This document shows positions 7,645-14,985 of a stretch of 32,000 nt of DNA, piece by piece. Origin of the DNA: Candidatus Saccharimonadota bacterium (GTDB lineage: Bacteria > Patescibacteriota > Gracilibacteria > UBA1369 > 2-02-FULL-48-14). Numbering within the stretch: position 1 is the first letter of the stretch; every line of letters starts with the position of its first letter. The notes under the pieces were generated by a model. It did no database searches. It was not told the origin of the DNA and saw nothing but the letters and a program-made list of their open reading frames with translations. Made by a program: the position numbers and the translations under genes. Where the stretch lies: positions 1,230,001-1,262,000 of the forward strand of contig CP064962.1 of assembly GCA_016699145.1 (NCBI GenBank), given 5' to 3'.

Positions 7645-7673
7645 AGTATAGAACGCTTCAACGGGTTACGCAA
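7645..7673 (-). promoter_or_regulatory. Putative promoter of the 75-aa gene
   Basis: Read on the minus strand: TTGCGT (7673-7668), a 17-nt spacer, then TATACT (7650-7645). Confidence 0.5.
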
Positions 7674-7708
7674 GAGCATTTTTAGAGGCGGCCGCCCCCA
7701 AAGTCCCC

Positions 7709-7736
7709 TTGCCTTCCGAGGAAAAAACACTAAACT
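7709..7736 (+). promoter_or_regulatory. Putative promoter of tRNA-Phe
   Basis: TTGCCT (7709-7714), a 16-nt spacer, then TAAACT (7731-7736), ~10 nt before the tRNA 5' end. Confidence 0.45.
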
Positions 7737-7745
7737 GACACTCGT

Positions 7746-7820
7746 GCCGCGGTAGCTCAGTGGTAGAGCAGGGGATTGAAAATCCCCGTGTCGGTGGTTC
7801 AATTCCGCCTCGCGGCACCA
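7746..7820 (+). tRNA. tRNA-Phe (anticodon GAA), CCA encoded
   Basis: Hand-folded cloverleaf: acceptor GCCGCGG/TCGCGGC, D arm GCTC..GAGC, anticodon stem GGGGA/TCCCC with loop TTGAAAA (GAA), T arm GGTGG-TTCAATT-CCGCC, discriminator A, then CCA. Confidence 0.95.
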
Positions 7821-7841
7821 CTCGGTTTTTTACCGACTCCC

Positions 7842-8324
7842 ATGTCAAAACTCTACGCACTCCTAGACGAACTCCAAATATCTTACGAGAAGTTTGAACA
7901 CCCTCCGGTTTTCACCATTGAGGAGTGCGAGATTTTAAAAAGTCTGAAAATGCCAGGCATCGAAGCAAAAAGCCTCTTCTTAAGGAATGACAAAGGCAGT
8001 GAACACTATTTAGTGGTACTTGCCGGTCACAAGCGCCTCAACCTTAAAGAATTGGGTCTGAGCTTAGGCACAAAATTCTCTTTTGCTTCCCCCGATCGCC
8101 TGCTCAAATACTTGGGGGTGACGCCCGGTTCCGTCAGCCCTTTTGCCCTGATGAACGACATGGAAAAAACAGTCAAAGTCTGTCTAGACACAGAAGTTTT
8201 CGCTGAAGAAAAAGTGCAATTTCATCCTCTCGTCAACACGGCAACTCTCGTTTTAAATGCCAAAGACTTGCTCCGTTTCATTGAGGCGACGGGGCATTCT
8301 TACCAATTGATGGATCTAGCTTAA
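7842..8324 (+). CDS. YbaK/ProX-type aminoacyl-tRNA editing (deacylase) domain protein
   Basis: MSKLYALLDELQISYEKFEHPPVFTIEE, EAKSLFLRN (conserved Lys), GVTPGSVSPFAL and FHPLVNTAT. The start is taken as ATG 7842 because the longer ORF from 7776 overlaps the tRNA. Confidence 0.85.
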   Translation: MSKLYALLDELQISYEKFEHPPVFTIEECEILKSLKMPGIEAKSLFLRNDKGSEHYLVVLAGHKRLNLKELGLSLGTKFSFASPDRLLKYLGVTPGSVSPFALMNDMEKTVKVCLDTEVFAEEKVQFHPLVNTATLVLNAKDLLRFIEATGHSYQLMDLA

Positions 8325-9031
8325 AGCGCCGTAAATTGTTCCCAATGCAGATCTTCCTTGGGCACACCCTTCTCTTGCATGGAGGTTTTGACTCCCTTCA
8401 CCATATCTCCGTTTCCACAGATGTAGACTTGCACTTTGTCATAGGCAAGCTCGTTCAAAAATTCAGTGACGCGACCTTTGAGACCGGTCCAAGTTTCACT
8501 GGGCTGAGAAAGCGATACATGGGCCTTAAAATGGGAGTGCGCCGCTTCCCACGCTCGCAATTCATCCACATAAAATAGATCTGCTTCGTGCCGCACTCCA
8601 AAATAGAGGTCGATTTTGCCAGAAAAACCTTTTTCAAACAGATCAGGGAGCATGCTCATGAACGGAGCTAAACCTGTTCCCGTAGCCACCATAACAATGT
8701 CTTTAGCACTGGTAAAACCCGCATCATTCACAAAAAAATGCCCAAAAGGAGCCATGAAACTGGCACTTTCGCCCGGTTTCAAACCCCTCAGAAGCGCAGA
8801 TCCTCGTCCATCGGGTAATAATTTTACGCACAGCGAAAAAAAGTCTTTATTACTGGGGCTACTGGCGACTGAATAGGCACGGCTGACCTTTCCTTGGGCA
8901 TCTTCCACTTGAAGCATAAAAAACTGACCGGACTTGAATTCAACAGCGATGTCTGTCCAAGAGAAGTCATACTGAACCACATCCTGAGTCAACGGAAGAG
9001 CACGTAAAAGAGCAGCTTGGAATTTTTGCAT
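8321..9031 (-). CDS. FNR-like FAD/NAD(P)-binding oxidoreductase
   Basis: RAYSVASSP (RxYS FAD motif), VATGTGLAPFMSM (NAD(P)-binding GTGxAP) and a C-terminal YICGNGDMVKGV. Confidence 0.85.
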   Translation of the reverse strand: MQKFQAALLRALPLTQDVVQYDFSWTDIAVEFKSGQFFMLQVEDAQGKVSRAYSVASSPSNKDFFSLCVKLLPDGRGSALLRGLKPGESASFMAPFGHFFVNDAGFTSAKDIVMVATGTGLAPFMSMLPDLFEKGFSGKIDLYFGVRHEADLFYVDELRAWEAAHSHFKAHVSLSQPSETWTGLKGRVTEFLNELAYDKVQVYICGNGDMVKGVKTSMQEKGVPKEDLHWEQFTAL

Positions 9032-9033
9032 AG

Positions 9034-9489
9034 TTAACGAGATAAATTTTCAATGGGTAAAGAAGCCACAGTCTTGTTAGGAATCACCACCATAGCCTTT
9101 TCTTTACTGCGAAGCCGAACACTGCGCAGGCCCATAGAGAGCACTTCACCTGTATACTTATCACAACTAATAGTGTCGCCAACACGGAAAGGTTTATCGG
9201 CAAGAATGGAAAAATAAGCAAAGGCATTGCTCAGGGTTTCTTGTGCCGCTAAAGCCACAGCCACACCTCCAATACCCAGCCCGGTAAGTAGAGAAGAAAC
9301 GTTAAAGCCAAGGTTGCTTAGAACAAAGACCAGTCCAAGCGCCAAAACAGCAAAGCGGGAAATTTTATAATAAGAAGCGCCATACCGTTGAACTGTTCGG
9401 AGCCCAAGCAAGGTGAGCAGTAAGATGATCAGGACACGAAGGCTGAGCTCTCCATAATCAAGTATGAAACCATTCAGTAGATTTTCCAT
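9034..9489 (-). CDS. Short MscS-family mechanosensitive channel-like protein (TM helices + beta domain only)
   Basis: LTGLGIGGVAVALAAQETLSNAFAYFSILADKPFRVGDTI..GEVLSMGLRSVRLRS..MVVIPN aligns to MscS TM3 plus the beta domain. The ORF stops at ..IENLSR, where canonical MscS continues into a ~100-aa alpha/beta domain. Confidence 0.8.
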   Translation of the reverse strand: MENLLNGFILDYGELSLRVLIILLLTLLGLRTVQRYGASYYKISRFAVLALGLVFVLSNLGFNVSSLLTGLGIGGVAVALAAQETLSNAFAYFSILADKPFRVGDTISCDKYTGEVLSMGLRSVRLRSKEKAMVVIPNKTVASLPIENLSR

Positions 9490-9826
9490 GGCTTTTACTT
9501 TAGCATTGCACTCAGTGGATTCAAAGCGCGTTCTTAAACTTCAGCCCGAAACTTTTTTACTCCTGGTAAAGCAGCTTCGCCATTTTGAAAAAGACGCCGA
9601 AATTTTTGAAATCAATTTAGATAAAATGAAAGTAAAAGGCGATTTAAAAGTGATCAAAAACACCTTCAAAAACAAAGAATTCATCGGAGTCTCAAGCTCA
9701 CTCAATTTGCTTAAAGCCGCCACCATCGCAGGCTGGGATACGCTTAAAGTCCCTGAAGGAATGGAGGTGGATGCTGAATTCACCAGTTTGGTGAAAAATA
9801 GAGGGACAAAAATTCTTCCATCATAG
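9488..9826 (+). CDS. Hypothetical protein (opposite-strand ORF filling the gap between two minus-strand genes)
   Basis: A 113-codon ORF from ATG 9488 in a ~38% GC stretch, with a protein-like K/E/L-rich composition. It spans the inter-CDS gap exactly. I found no convincing promoter and no recognised family. Confidence 0.4.
   Translation: MAFTLALHSVDSKRVLKLQPETFLLLVKQLRHFEKDAEIFEINLDKMKVKGDLKVIKNTFKNKEFIGVSSSLNLLKAATIAGWDTLKVPEGMEVDAEFTSLVKNRGTKILPS
9497..9524 (-). promoter_or_regulatory. Putative promoter of the MscS-like gene (near-leaderless)
   Basis: Read on the minus strand: TTGAAT (9524-9519), a 16-nt spacer ending in TGc, then TAAAGT (9502-9497). Only 7 nt separate the -10 from the ATG at 9489. 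Confidence 0.45.
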
Positions 9827-11149
9827 GATTCTCTCTCCAAGAAAGTCCTGAGCCCAATCCACTGCTACGCCACGCCCATAAAAGTTCACATGTGCGTCAT
9901 TGCTGGGACCATTGCGAACAAAGCTTTGAAGCACGGGATCCAAGCCAGGCAAAGCTCGCAGAGAAGCATCCAAATGGACAAAGTCGTTTTGACGGGCCAA
10001 CTGACCCGTTCCTATGTGGCCACAGTTGCTGGGGCCATTGAAGCCAAAATTGAAATAACGGCGATTGGCGACAGACCCGTTCACATGCAAGTCTCCAACA
10101 AGAAGAGCTACCGTAGGCCGTTCAGCCAAGATTTGCAAAATCTCTGCTTTTGCAGTGGTGGGCAAGCGATGAAGGGCAAAGTTAGCAGTCACAACAAGAG
10201 GGCGATCTATGGGAGTATTACCAACGACACTTTGAACTCCATCCACCATATCAGCAAAAATGAAACTAGAGTTCCCATCCAGCTCAGCATGTCCCCCTGC
10301 AAGGCTAAAAAGCTCTTTTTGATCCCTTAAAAGTGCCCCATGAAACGCTTGAGTTCCTTCAATTCCAACCAATTGCATATTTGGACGGACTTCCAGGTCC
10401 TGAATGCCTTTGAGTCCAGCAGCAATCGTGGCACCCGTTCCACTCCCCAAATCGATCCAGGTAAAACCTTCATGGCCAAATTGTCCAGCAAAATCTTTCA
10501 CCCCAGATCCGAGCACAAAGTTGGAAGCCCTCAAGTGAGCCATACCCGTGCCTTCTTGTCGAATCATATCCTCTAAACTACGAGAATCCTCAAGCATTCC
10601 AGTTCCAGTGGTCATGGTCTCATGAGTCCATCCAGCATAATTGGCATTGGCCACGAAACGCTGACCTTGAGGATGCCTGCCACGCAAAGCATTAAACCCC
10701 TGATTGGCACGTAGAACTTGATCCAAAGCCACATCCTCACTCATCTCAAGAGATTTATCCACAAACTCAGAAGCACTGAATTGTTCAGCAAGAATCGCTC
10801 GGCGAGTCGAATTCAACTTTCCATCCTGAACTGCTCTTTTATAGGGATACTCTCTATCGGTCGCCACACAATTCCAAAGCATCACATCCATCGCTTCCGC
10901 AGCACCAGATACATCTAAGTTTAGAACATCAGGCAAACCATTTTGAATCGCCAAAGTGGCTCGTCTCATCATTTCGGCCGCAACCCCATTTGCCTGGCCT
11001 TTTCTATCAGCAAAAGGTCCATACAGAGTGCCCTCTGCTGAAGCAGCTCGAGCATTCGTTTCAATCTCTTTACGTACAACGGAATTGGGAATATGGGGCA
11101 GCACGGCGTCCAAGTAAGCTTGAACCTGATCAGGGGCACGATCTTCCAT
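9821..11149 (-). CDS. Class I SAM-dependent methyltransferase-like protein with an N-terminal region of unknown function
   Basis: SAM motif I FTWIDLGSGTGATIAAG, post-I LVGIEG, then IFADMVDG and VVTANFALHRLP. The first ~220 aa are unrecognised. The start is taken at MEDRAPDQ (ATG 11149) because the T-rich upstream extension to 11200 coincides with a good promoter. Confidence 0.7.
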   Translation of the reverse strand: MEDRAPDQVQAYLDAVLPHIPNSVVRKEIETNARAASAEGTLYGPFADRKGQANGVAAEMMRRATLAIQNGLPDVLNLDVSGAAEAMDVMLWNCVATDREYPYKRAVQDGKLNSTRRAILAEQFSASEFVDKSLEMSEDVALDQVLRANQGFNALRGRHPQGQRFVANANYAGWTHETMTTGTGMLEDSRSLEDMIRQEGTGMAHLRASNFVLGSGVKDFAGQFGHEGFTWIDLGSGTGATIAAGLKGIQDLEVRPNMQLVGIEGTQAFHGALLRDQKELFSLAGGHAELDGNSSFIFADMVDGVQSVVGNTPIDRPLVVTANFALHRLPTTAKAEILQILAERPTVALLVGDLHVNGSVANRRYFNFGFNGPSNCGHIGTGQLARQNDFVHLDASLRALPGLDPVLQSFVRNGPSNDAHVNFYGRGVAVDWAQDFLGERIL

Positions 11150-11172
11150 AAATCTAAAAAAGATAAGACAGA

Positions 11173-11200
11173 ACCATATCACAAAATAAAAAAACATCAA
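11173..11200 (-). promoter_or_regulatory. Putative promoter of the methyltransferase-like gene
   Basis: Read on the minus strand: TTGATG (11200-11195), a 16-nt spacer ending in TGa, then TATGGT (11178-11173). It sits back-to-back with the ychF promoter. Confidence 0.4.
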
Positions 11201-11202
11201 AT

Positions 11203-11231
11203 TTGCACTTTTCTTTCTAACTCTTTAGAGT
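11203..11231 (+). promoter_or_regulatory. Putative promoter of ychF
   Basis: TTGCAC (11203-11208), a 17-nt spacer, then TAGAGT (11226-11231). Confidence 0.5.
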
Positions 11232-11253
11232 GGGCCCAATTTCACTTGCGAAA

Positions 11254-12348
11254 ATGAATCTTCAAATCGCCATCGTCGGACTGCCCAATGTGGGGAAATC
11301 AACTCTGTTCAACGCGCTCACTAAGAGTCAGGCCGCCCAAGCCGCTAACTACCCCTTCTGCACCATCGATCCCAACGTCGGCGTGGTGGAAGTACCCGAC
11401 GAACGACTCAAAGAACTCACGCGCATTTGCAATCCGCAAAAAGTCATCCCAGCCATTGTTGAGTTTGTGGACGTGGCCGGTCTCGTCAAAGGGGCCAGCC
11501 AAGGGGAGGGGCTGGGGAACCAATTCCTATCCCACATTCGCGAATGTCACGCCGTGGCCCAAGTGGTGCGTCACTTCAAAGAAAAAGACATCACCCATGT
11601 GCATGACTCAGTAGACCCCAAACGTGACCGGGAAATCATTGAATCGGAACTGATTTTGGCAGACCTTCAAACCTTAGAAAAACGCATGATTAAATCGGCT
11701 GGAGACGCTCGCAGTGGAGCCAAAGAAAAAGTGATTTACCACGCCCTGCTCGAACGTCTCAAACCGGAACTCGAAGCCGGGAAATGGCTGTCCACTTTGG
11801 AATGGACCGATGAAGAAAAAGAACTGCTCCGAGACCTCCACCTCATCACCATGAAACCTCTGATGGTCATCGTGAACGTGAGTGAAAATGAAGTGGCCAG
11901 CATCAATGAATCCGTCCTTCGCAGCGAATTGGCCATTCCTACAAACACACCCTTGATCCCTATTTCGGCCAAGGTCGAAGCGGATCTCATCGCTTTTTCC
12001 GAAGAAGAAGCACAGGCCTACCTCACTGAACTTGGGCTCAAAGAAACAGGGTTGCATCGCGTCATTCGTGAAGCCTACGATGTGCTCGGTCTTCAAACCT
12101 ACTTCACCGCCGGTGAAAAAGAAGTTCGTGCTTGGACGGTACGCAAAGGGGCCAAAGCTCCAGAAGCCGCCGGCGTGATTCACACGGACTTTGAAAAAGG
12201 ATTCATCAAGGCCGAAGTCATCTCTTGCAAGGATTACATTGAATGCGAAGGAGAAACCAAGGCCCGCGAAAAAGGCGTGCTGCGAATGGAAGGAAAAGAG
12301 TACCTTGTGAAAGACGGCGACGTGATGCATTTCCGCTTTGCCAACTAG
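11254..12348 (+). CDS. ychF: Redox-regulated ATPase YchF (Obg-family P-loop NTPase)
   Basis: [55 protein letters not shown] and the C-terminal TGS-like [13 protein letters not shown]. The GTG at 11230 was rejected because it lies inside the predicted -10. Confidence 0.95.
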   Translation: MNLQIAIVGLPNVGKSTLFNALTKSQAAQAANYPFCTIDPNVGVVEVPDERLKELTRICNPQKVIPAIVEFVDVAGLVKGASQGEGLGNQFLSHIRECHAVAQVVRHFKEKDITHVHDSVDPKRDREIIESELILADLQTLEKRMIKSAGDARSGAKEKVIYHALLERLKPELEAGKWLSTLEWTDEEKELLRDLHLITMKPLMVIVNVSENEVASINESVLRSELAIPTNTPLIPISAKVEADLIAFSEEEAQAYLTELGLKETGLHRVIREAYDVLGLQTYFTAGEKEVRAWTVRKGAKAPEAAGVIHTDFEKGFIKAEVISCKDYIECEGETKAREKGVLRMEGKEYLVKDGDVMHFRFAN

Positions 12349-12365
12349 TTCCCTAGCCCCACGCC

Positions 12366-13028
12366 ATGCGAATCATTCCCAATTTATTTTTACAAAAAGG
12401 GCACGCAGTTTCGTTGTACAAAGGCACCGAAAATCTTGAAAAAAAAGTCTACCCCAGGGCGCCAAAAAACTATGCTCAGTGGTTTCAGAACCAAGGAGCC
12501 AAAACGCTTTTTGTAGTCGATTTAGATGGTGACCAAAAAGACCATGCCACTGAATTGCGTGCAGCCTTCAAGGGAGAACTCTGGTGGGCCGGGCACGTAC
12601 GTGACCTCGCCACCCTCGACCTGCTTTTTCAAAAAGGCATCAACCGAGTCGTGCTCGGGCAAAATGCTGAACCCATTTTTGTCGAAGCTTTAGCCAAATA
12701 TGGCCCCAGCAAACTGCTCGCCGGAATTCAAGCCTTTCATTACGACGATGTGCCCACTCTCTGCGAGCGACTCAAAGGCCTCGGCTTTAGCGATCTCGTA
12801 GTGAAGGATATGAATGCGGAAGGCACGCTCTTTCATCCCAATTTTGACCTCATGGAAAAGGCCAAATATTTTTCCAGCGCAAATATTTTTGCTTCGGGTG
12901 GAGTGGCGCAAACGAACGACATCCATTTACTTGCTCAAGCGGGAGTCAGCGGCGTCATCATTGGTCGTGCATTTTATGAGAATGAATTGAATGTGGAGAC
13001 TCTAGTGCAGAATTTCGAAGGCGCATGA
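12366..13028 (+). CDS. HisA/HisF-fold (beta/alpha)8 barrel protein, apparently catalytically degenerate
   Basis: MRIIPNLFLQKGHAVSLYKG, VVDLDG, ASGGV and GVIIGRAFYE match the HisA/HisF scaffold and its phosphate-binding sites. The positions of catalytic Asp8 and Asp127 (T. maritima HisA numbering) read as F8 and Q122 in my manual alignment. Confidence 0.75.
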   Translation: MRIIPNLFLQKGHAVSLYKGTENLEKKVYPRAPKNYAQWFQNQGAKTLFVVDLDGDQKDHATELRAAFKGELWWAGHVRDLATLDLLFQKGINRVVLGQNAEPIFVEALAKYGPSKLLAGIQAFHYDDVPTLCERLKGLGFSDLVVKDMNAEGTLFHPNFDLMEKAKYFSSANIFASGGVAQTNDIHLLAQAGVSGVIIGRAFYENELNVETLVQNFEGA

Positions 13029-14925
13029 TTTTCAAAACACCCGGCACTTTTCTAAATTCTTTCAATAGGCGTTCAAACTGAGACAAGGTTTCAATTTCTA
13101 AAATGAGTTGAATGTTCACCACCTGGTCGCGTTTGCCAGCTCCTGCCGAAATGCTTTGGATATTCACATTCAATCGCACCAAAACACTGGTCAAATCCTT
13201 GAGGAGACCGACACGATTTTGACCCTGCACTTCTAAATGAACAAGATGCAAATTGTCCTGGGGAAGGCCCATGAGTTCATCTTCCGTCAACAGCACTCGC
13301 CACAAGTCTCGCATGTCCAAAGTGCCTTGCCCCAAATCGTTTAAAAGTTCTTCCCAAGAACTCTTTGAAAAATGTTCAATGGCCATGACTTTTTGAAGAT
13401 CGGTCAGGCTCTCCACTCCATCGGCGCCCAAAACTTTAAGCTCATGATCCAAAGCTTCTTCACCCGCCTGAACACTGTCGGTACGATTTTTTTCTTTTAA
13501 AAATTCACGAATACGCGTTTTTGCCAGGGAAGTGTGCACAAGGTTCAGCCACTCCACTTCTGGCCCCTCGGACTCTTCGGAAGTATCAATCAAAACCGTG
13601 TCTCCACTACCGAGCGGAGTACTCAGCGGAGCATTTTTCCCATTCACCAAAGCACCCACCGCAAGCATGCCCAAGTCGCTGTGAATATGATAAGCAAAAT
13701 CGATCACCGTCGAACCCACCGGCAAATCCACCACGTCGCCTTTCGGTGTGAATACAAAAATGCGGTCTTCAAAAATATCCAACTTTAAATCTTCCATGAA
13801 TTTTTGATTGTTCGTAGTGCTGCGCTGAAGATCTAAAATGCGTTGCACCCACTGATATTTTTTATCGGTCTTGGTGGAGACTTTTTTCTTTTTATTGCTG
13901 TAAAAATAATGAGCGGCCACGCCATATTCATTTTCCAAGTGCATATCATAGGTTCGAATTTGAAATTCCGTAAGCACGCCATCTACGCCAAAAACCGTGG
14001 TGTGAATGCTTTGATAACCATTGTTTTTAGGGATGGCAATGTAGTCCTTCAGACGTCCAATTTTAGGGCGAAAATCTTGATGAATCACACCCAGCACTTG
14101 GTAACAAAGGCCTACGTCTTTCACAATAATACGCACACCGATGAGGTCATAAATGTCTCGAAAACTTTTCCCTGAACGCAGCATTTTTCGATAAATGCTA
14201 TAAATATTTTTTTCACGTCCTTCAATGGCTACAATTTCGATGTGTTTTTCTTTGAATATTTTTTTGACGGATTGAATGGTCTTTTTTAAAACATTTTGTC
14301 GCTTATAATTGGAGGCGTTCACCATTTCCAAGATATTGGCATATTCCACAGGATGCAGGGCTTTAAAACACCAATCCTCCAGTTGATTTTTCAGTTCCCA
14401 AATGCCGAACAAATTCGCGATGGGCACAAAAATTTCAATGGTTTCTTTCGCAATACGTTGTCTTTTTTCAGGGTTTGAAATGGCTTCCAAAGTCATCATG
14501 TTGTGCAAACGGTCGGCCAATTTAATCAAAATGATGCGAGGGTCTTGCGCGTTGTGAATGAAGAGTTTTTTAAGCGACTCAACTTGCCGGGATTCCATGT
14601 CGTTGCGATAGTGCACCTTAGACAATTTGGTAATGCCGTCCACCAAAAATTGAACCTTGCTTCCAAAGCGTTCACCCACATCTTCAATGCTGTACTCGGT
14701 GTCTTCCGGAACATCATGCAGTAGACAGGCGATGAGCGTGTCTTCATCCACATGCAACTTGGTCAAAATCATAGCCGCACTCCAGGGGTGAGTGATGTAA
14801 GGGGAGCCATCTCGTCTTTCCTGACTGCCATGGGCCATTTTTGCAAACTCAAAAGCCTTCTTCAGACGTTTTTCATTCAAATCGGGAAGATAACTCTTGG
14901 CTGCATTGACAAGGCGTTCCATCAT
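12958..14925 (-). CDS. rel: Bifunctional (p)ppGpp synthetase/hydrolase (RelA/SpoT homolog)
   Basis: HD hydrolase domain (HPWSAAMIL..LLHDVPEDTEY), synthetase domain (REKNIYSIYRKM, DLIGVRIIV, YQSIHTTV, EFQIRTYDMH), TGS (IFVFTPKGDVVDLPVGSTVIDFAY) and a C-terminal ACT-like segment. Confidence 0.93.
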   Translation of the reverse strand: MMERLVNAAKSYLPDLNEKRLKKAFEFAKMAHGSQERRDGSPYITHPWSAAMILTKLHVDEDTLIACLLHDVPEDTEYSIEDVGERFGSKVQFLVDGITKLSKVHYRNDMESRQVESLKKLFIHNAQDPRIILIKLADRLHNMMTLEAISNPEKRQRIAKETIEIFVPIANLFGIWELKNQLEDWCFKALHPVEYANILEMVNASNYKRQNVLKKTIQSVKKIFKEKHIEIVAIEGREKNIYSIYRKMLRSGKSFRDIYDLIGVRIIVKDVGLCYQVLGVIHQDFRPKIGRLKDYIAIPKNNGYQSIHTTVFGVDGVLTEFQIRTYDMHLENEYGVAAHYFYSNKKKKVSTKTDKKYQWVQRILDLQRSTTNNQKFMEDLKLDIFEDRIFVFTPKGDVVDLPVGSTVIDFAYHIHSDLGMLAVGALVNGKNAPLSTPLGSGDTVLIDTSEESEGPEVEWLNLVHTSLAKTRIREFLKEKNRTDSVQAGEEALDHELKVLGADGVESLTDLQKVMAIEHFSKSSWEELLNDLGQGTLDMRDLWRVLLTEDELMGLPQDNLHLVHLEVQGQNRVGLLKDLTSVLVRLNVNIQSISAGAGKRDQVVNIQLILEIETLSQFERLLKEFRKVPGVLKIMRLRNSALESPHSIHSHKMHDQ

Positions 14926-14930
14926 GCAAA

Positions 14931-14959
14931 TTGACTAATTGTATTCTCCATCTTATAGT
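14931..14959 (+). promoter_or_regulatory. Putative promoter of mnmA
   Basis: TTGACT (14931-14936), a 17-nt spacer, then TATAGT (14954-14959). Confidence 0.55.
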
Positions 14960-14985
14960 CGAGAGGTGCTTGGAATCAATTCAAA

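Noticed and set aside
7687-7696. A perfect 10-bp palindrome GGCGGCCGCC between the 75-aa gene promoter and the tRNA-Phe promoter.
   Set aside because: It has no loop and no adjacent T-tract, so it is not a terminator. It is a single occurrence and could be a binding site, but nothing in the sequence supports a specific call.
7776-7841. Longer ORF-finder starts: 7776 (YbaK-like), 2588 (rarA), 3366 (FGase), 11200 (MTase-like), 11230 (ychF), 18123 (ligA), 21259 (folC-like), 29118 and 30464.
   Set aside because: Each extension overlaps a tRNA, an upstream gene or the predicted promoter -10/-35 of the same gene. The downstream ATG in each case gives an N-terminus matching the family norm.
9488-9826. 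Faint similarity of the 113-aa ORF (AEIFEINLDKM.., ..NRGTKIL) to the N-terminal half of type I 3-dehydroquinate dehydratase.
   Set aside because: Only two short, loosely similar segments match. The catalytic Lys/His region would be missing. This is too weak to annotate without a profile search.
11674-12330. A 218-aa minus-strand ORF inside ychF. Similar long antisense ORFs occur at 96-434, 993-1370, 6208-6591, 19293-19718, 26639-27076 and 27599-28042.
   Set aside because: These are shadow ORFs opposite unmistakable conserved genes. Their translations are low-complexity (F/G/H/R-rich) with no motifs, which is the expected by-product of codon bias on the true coding strand.
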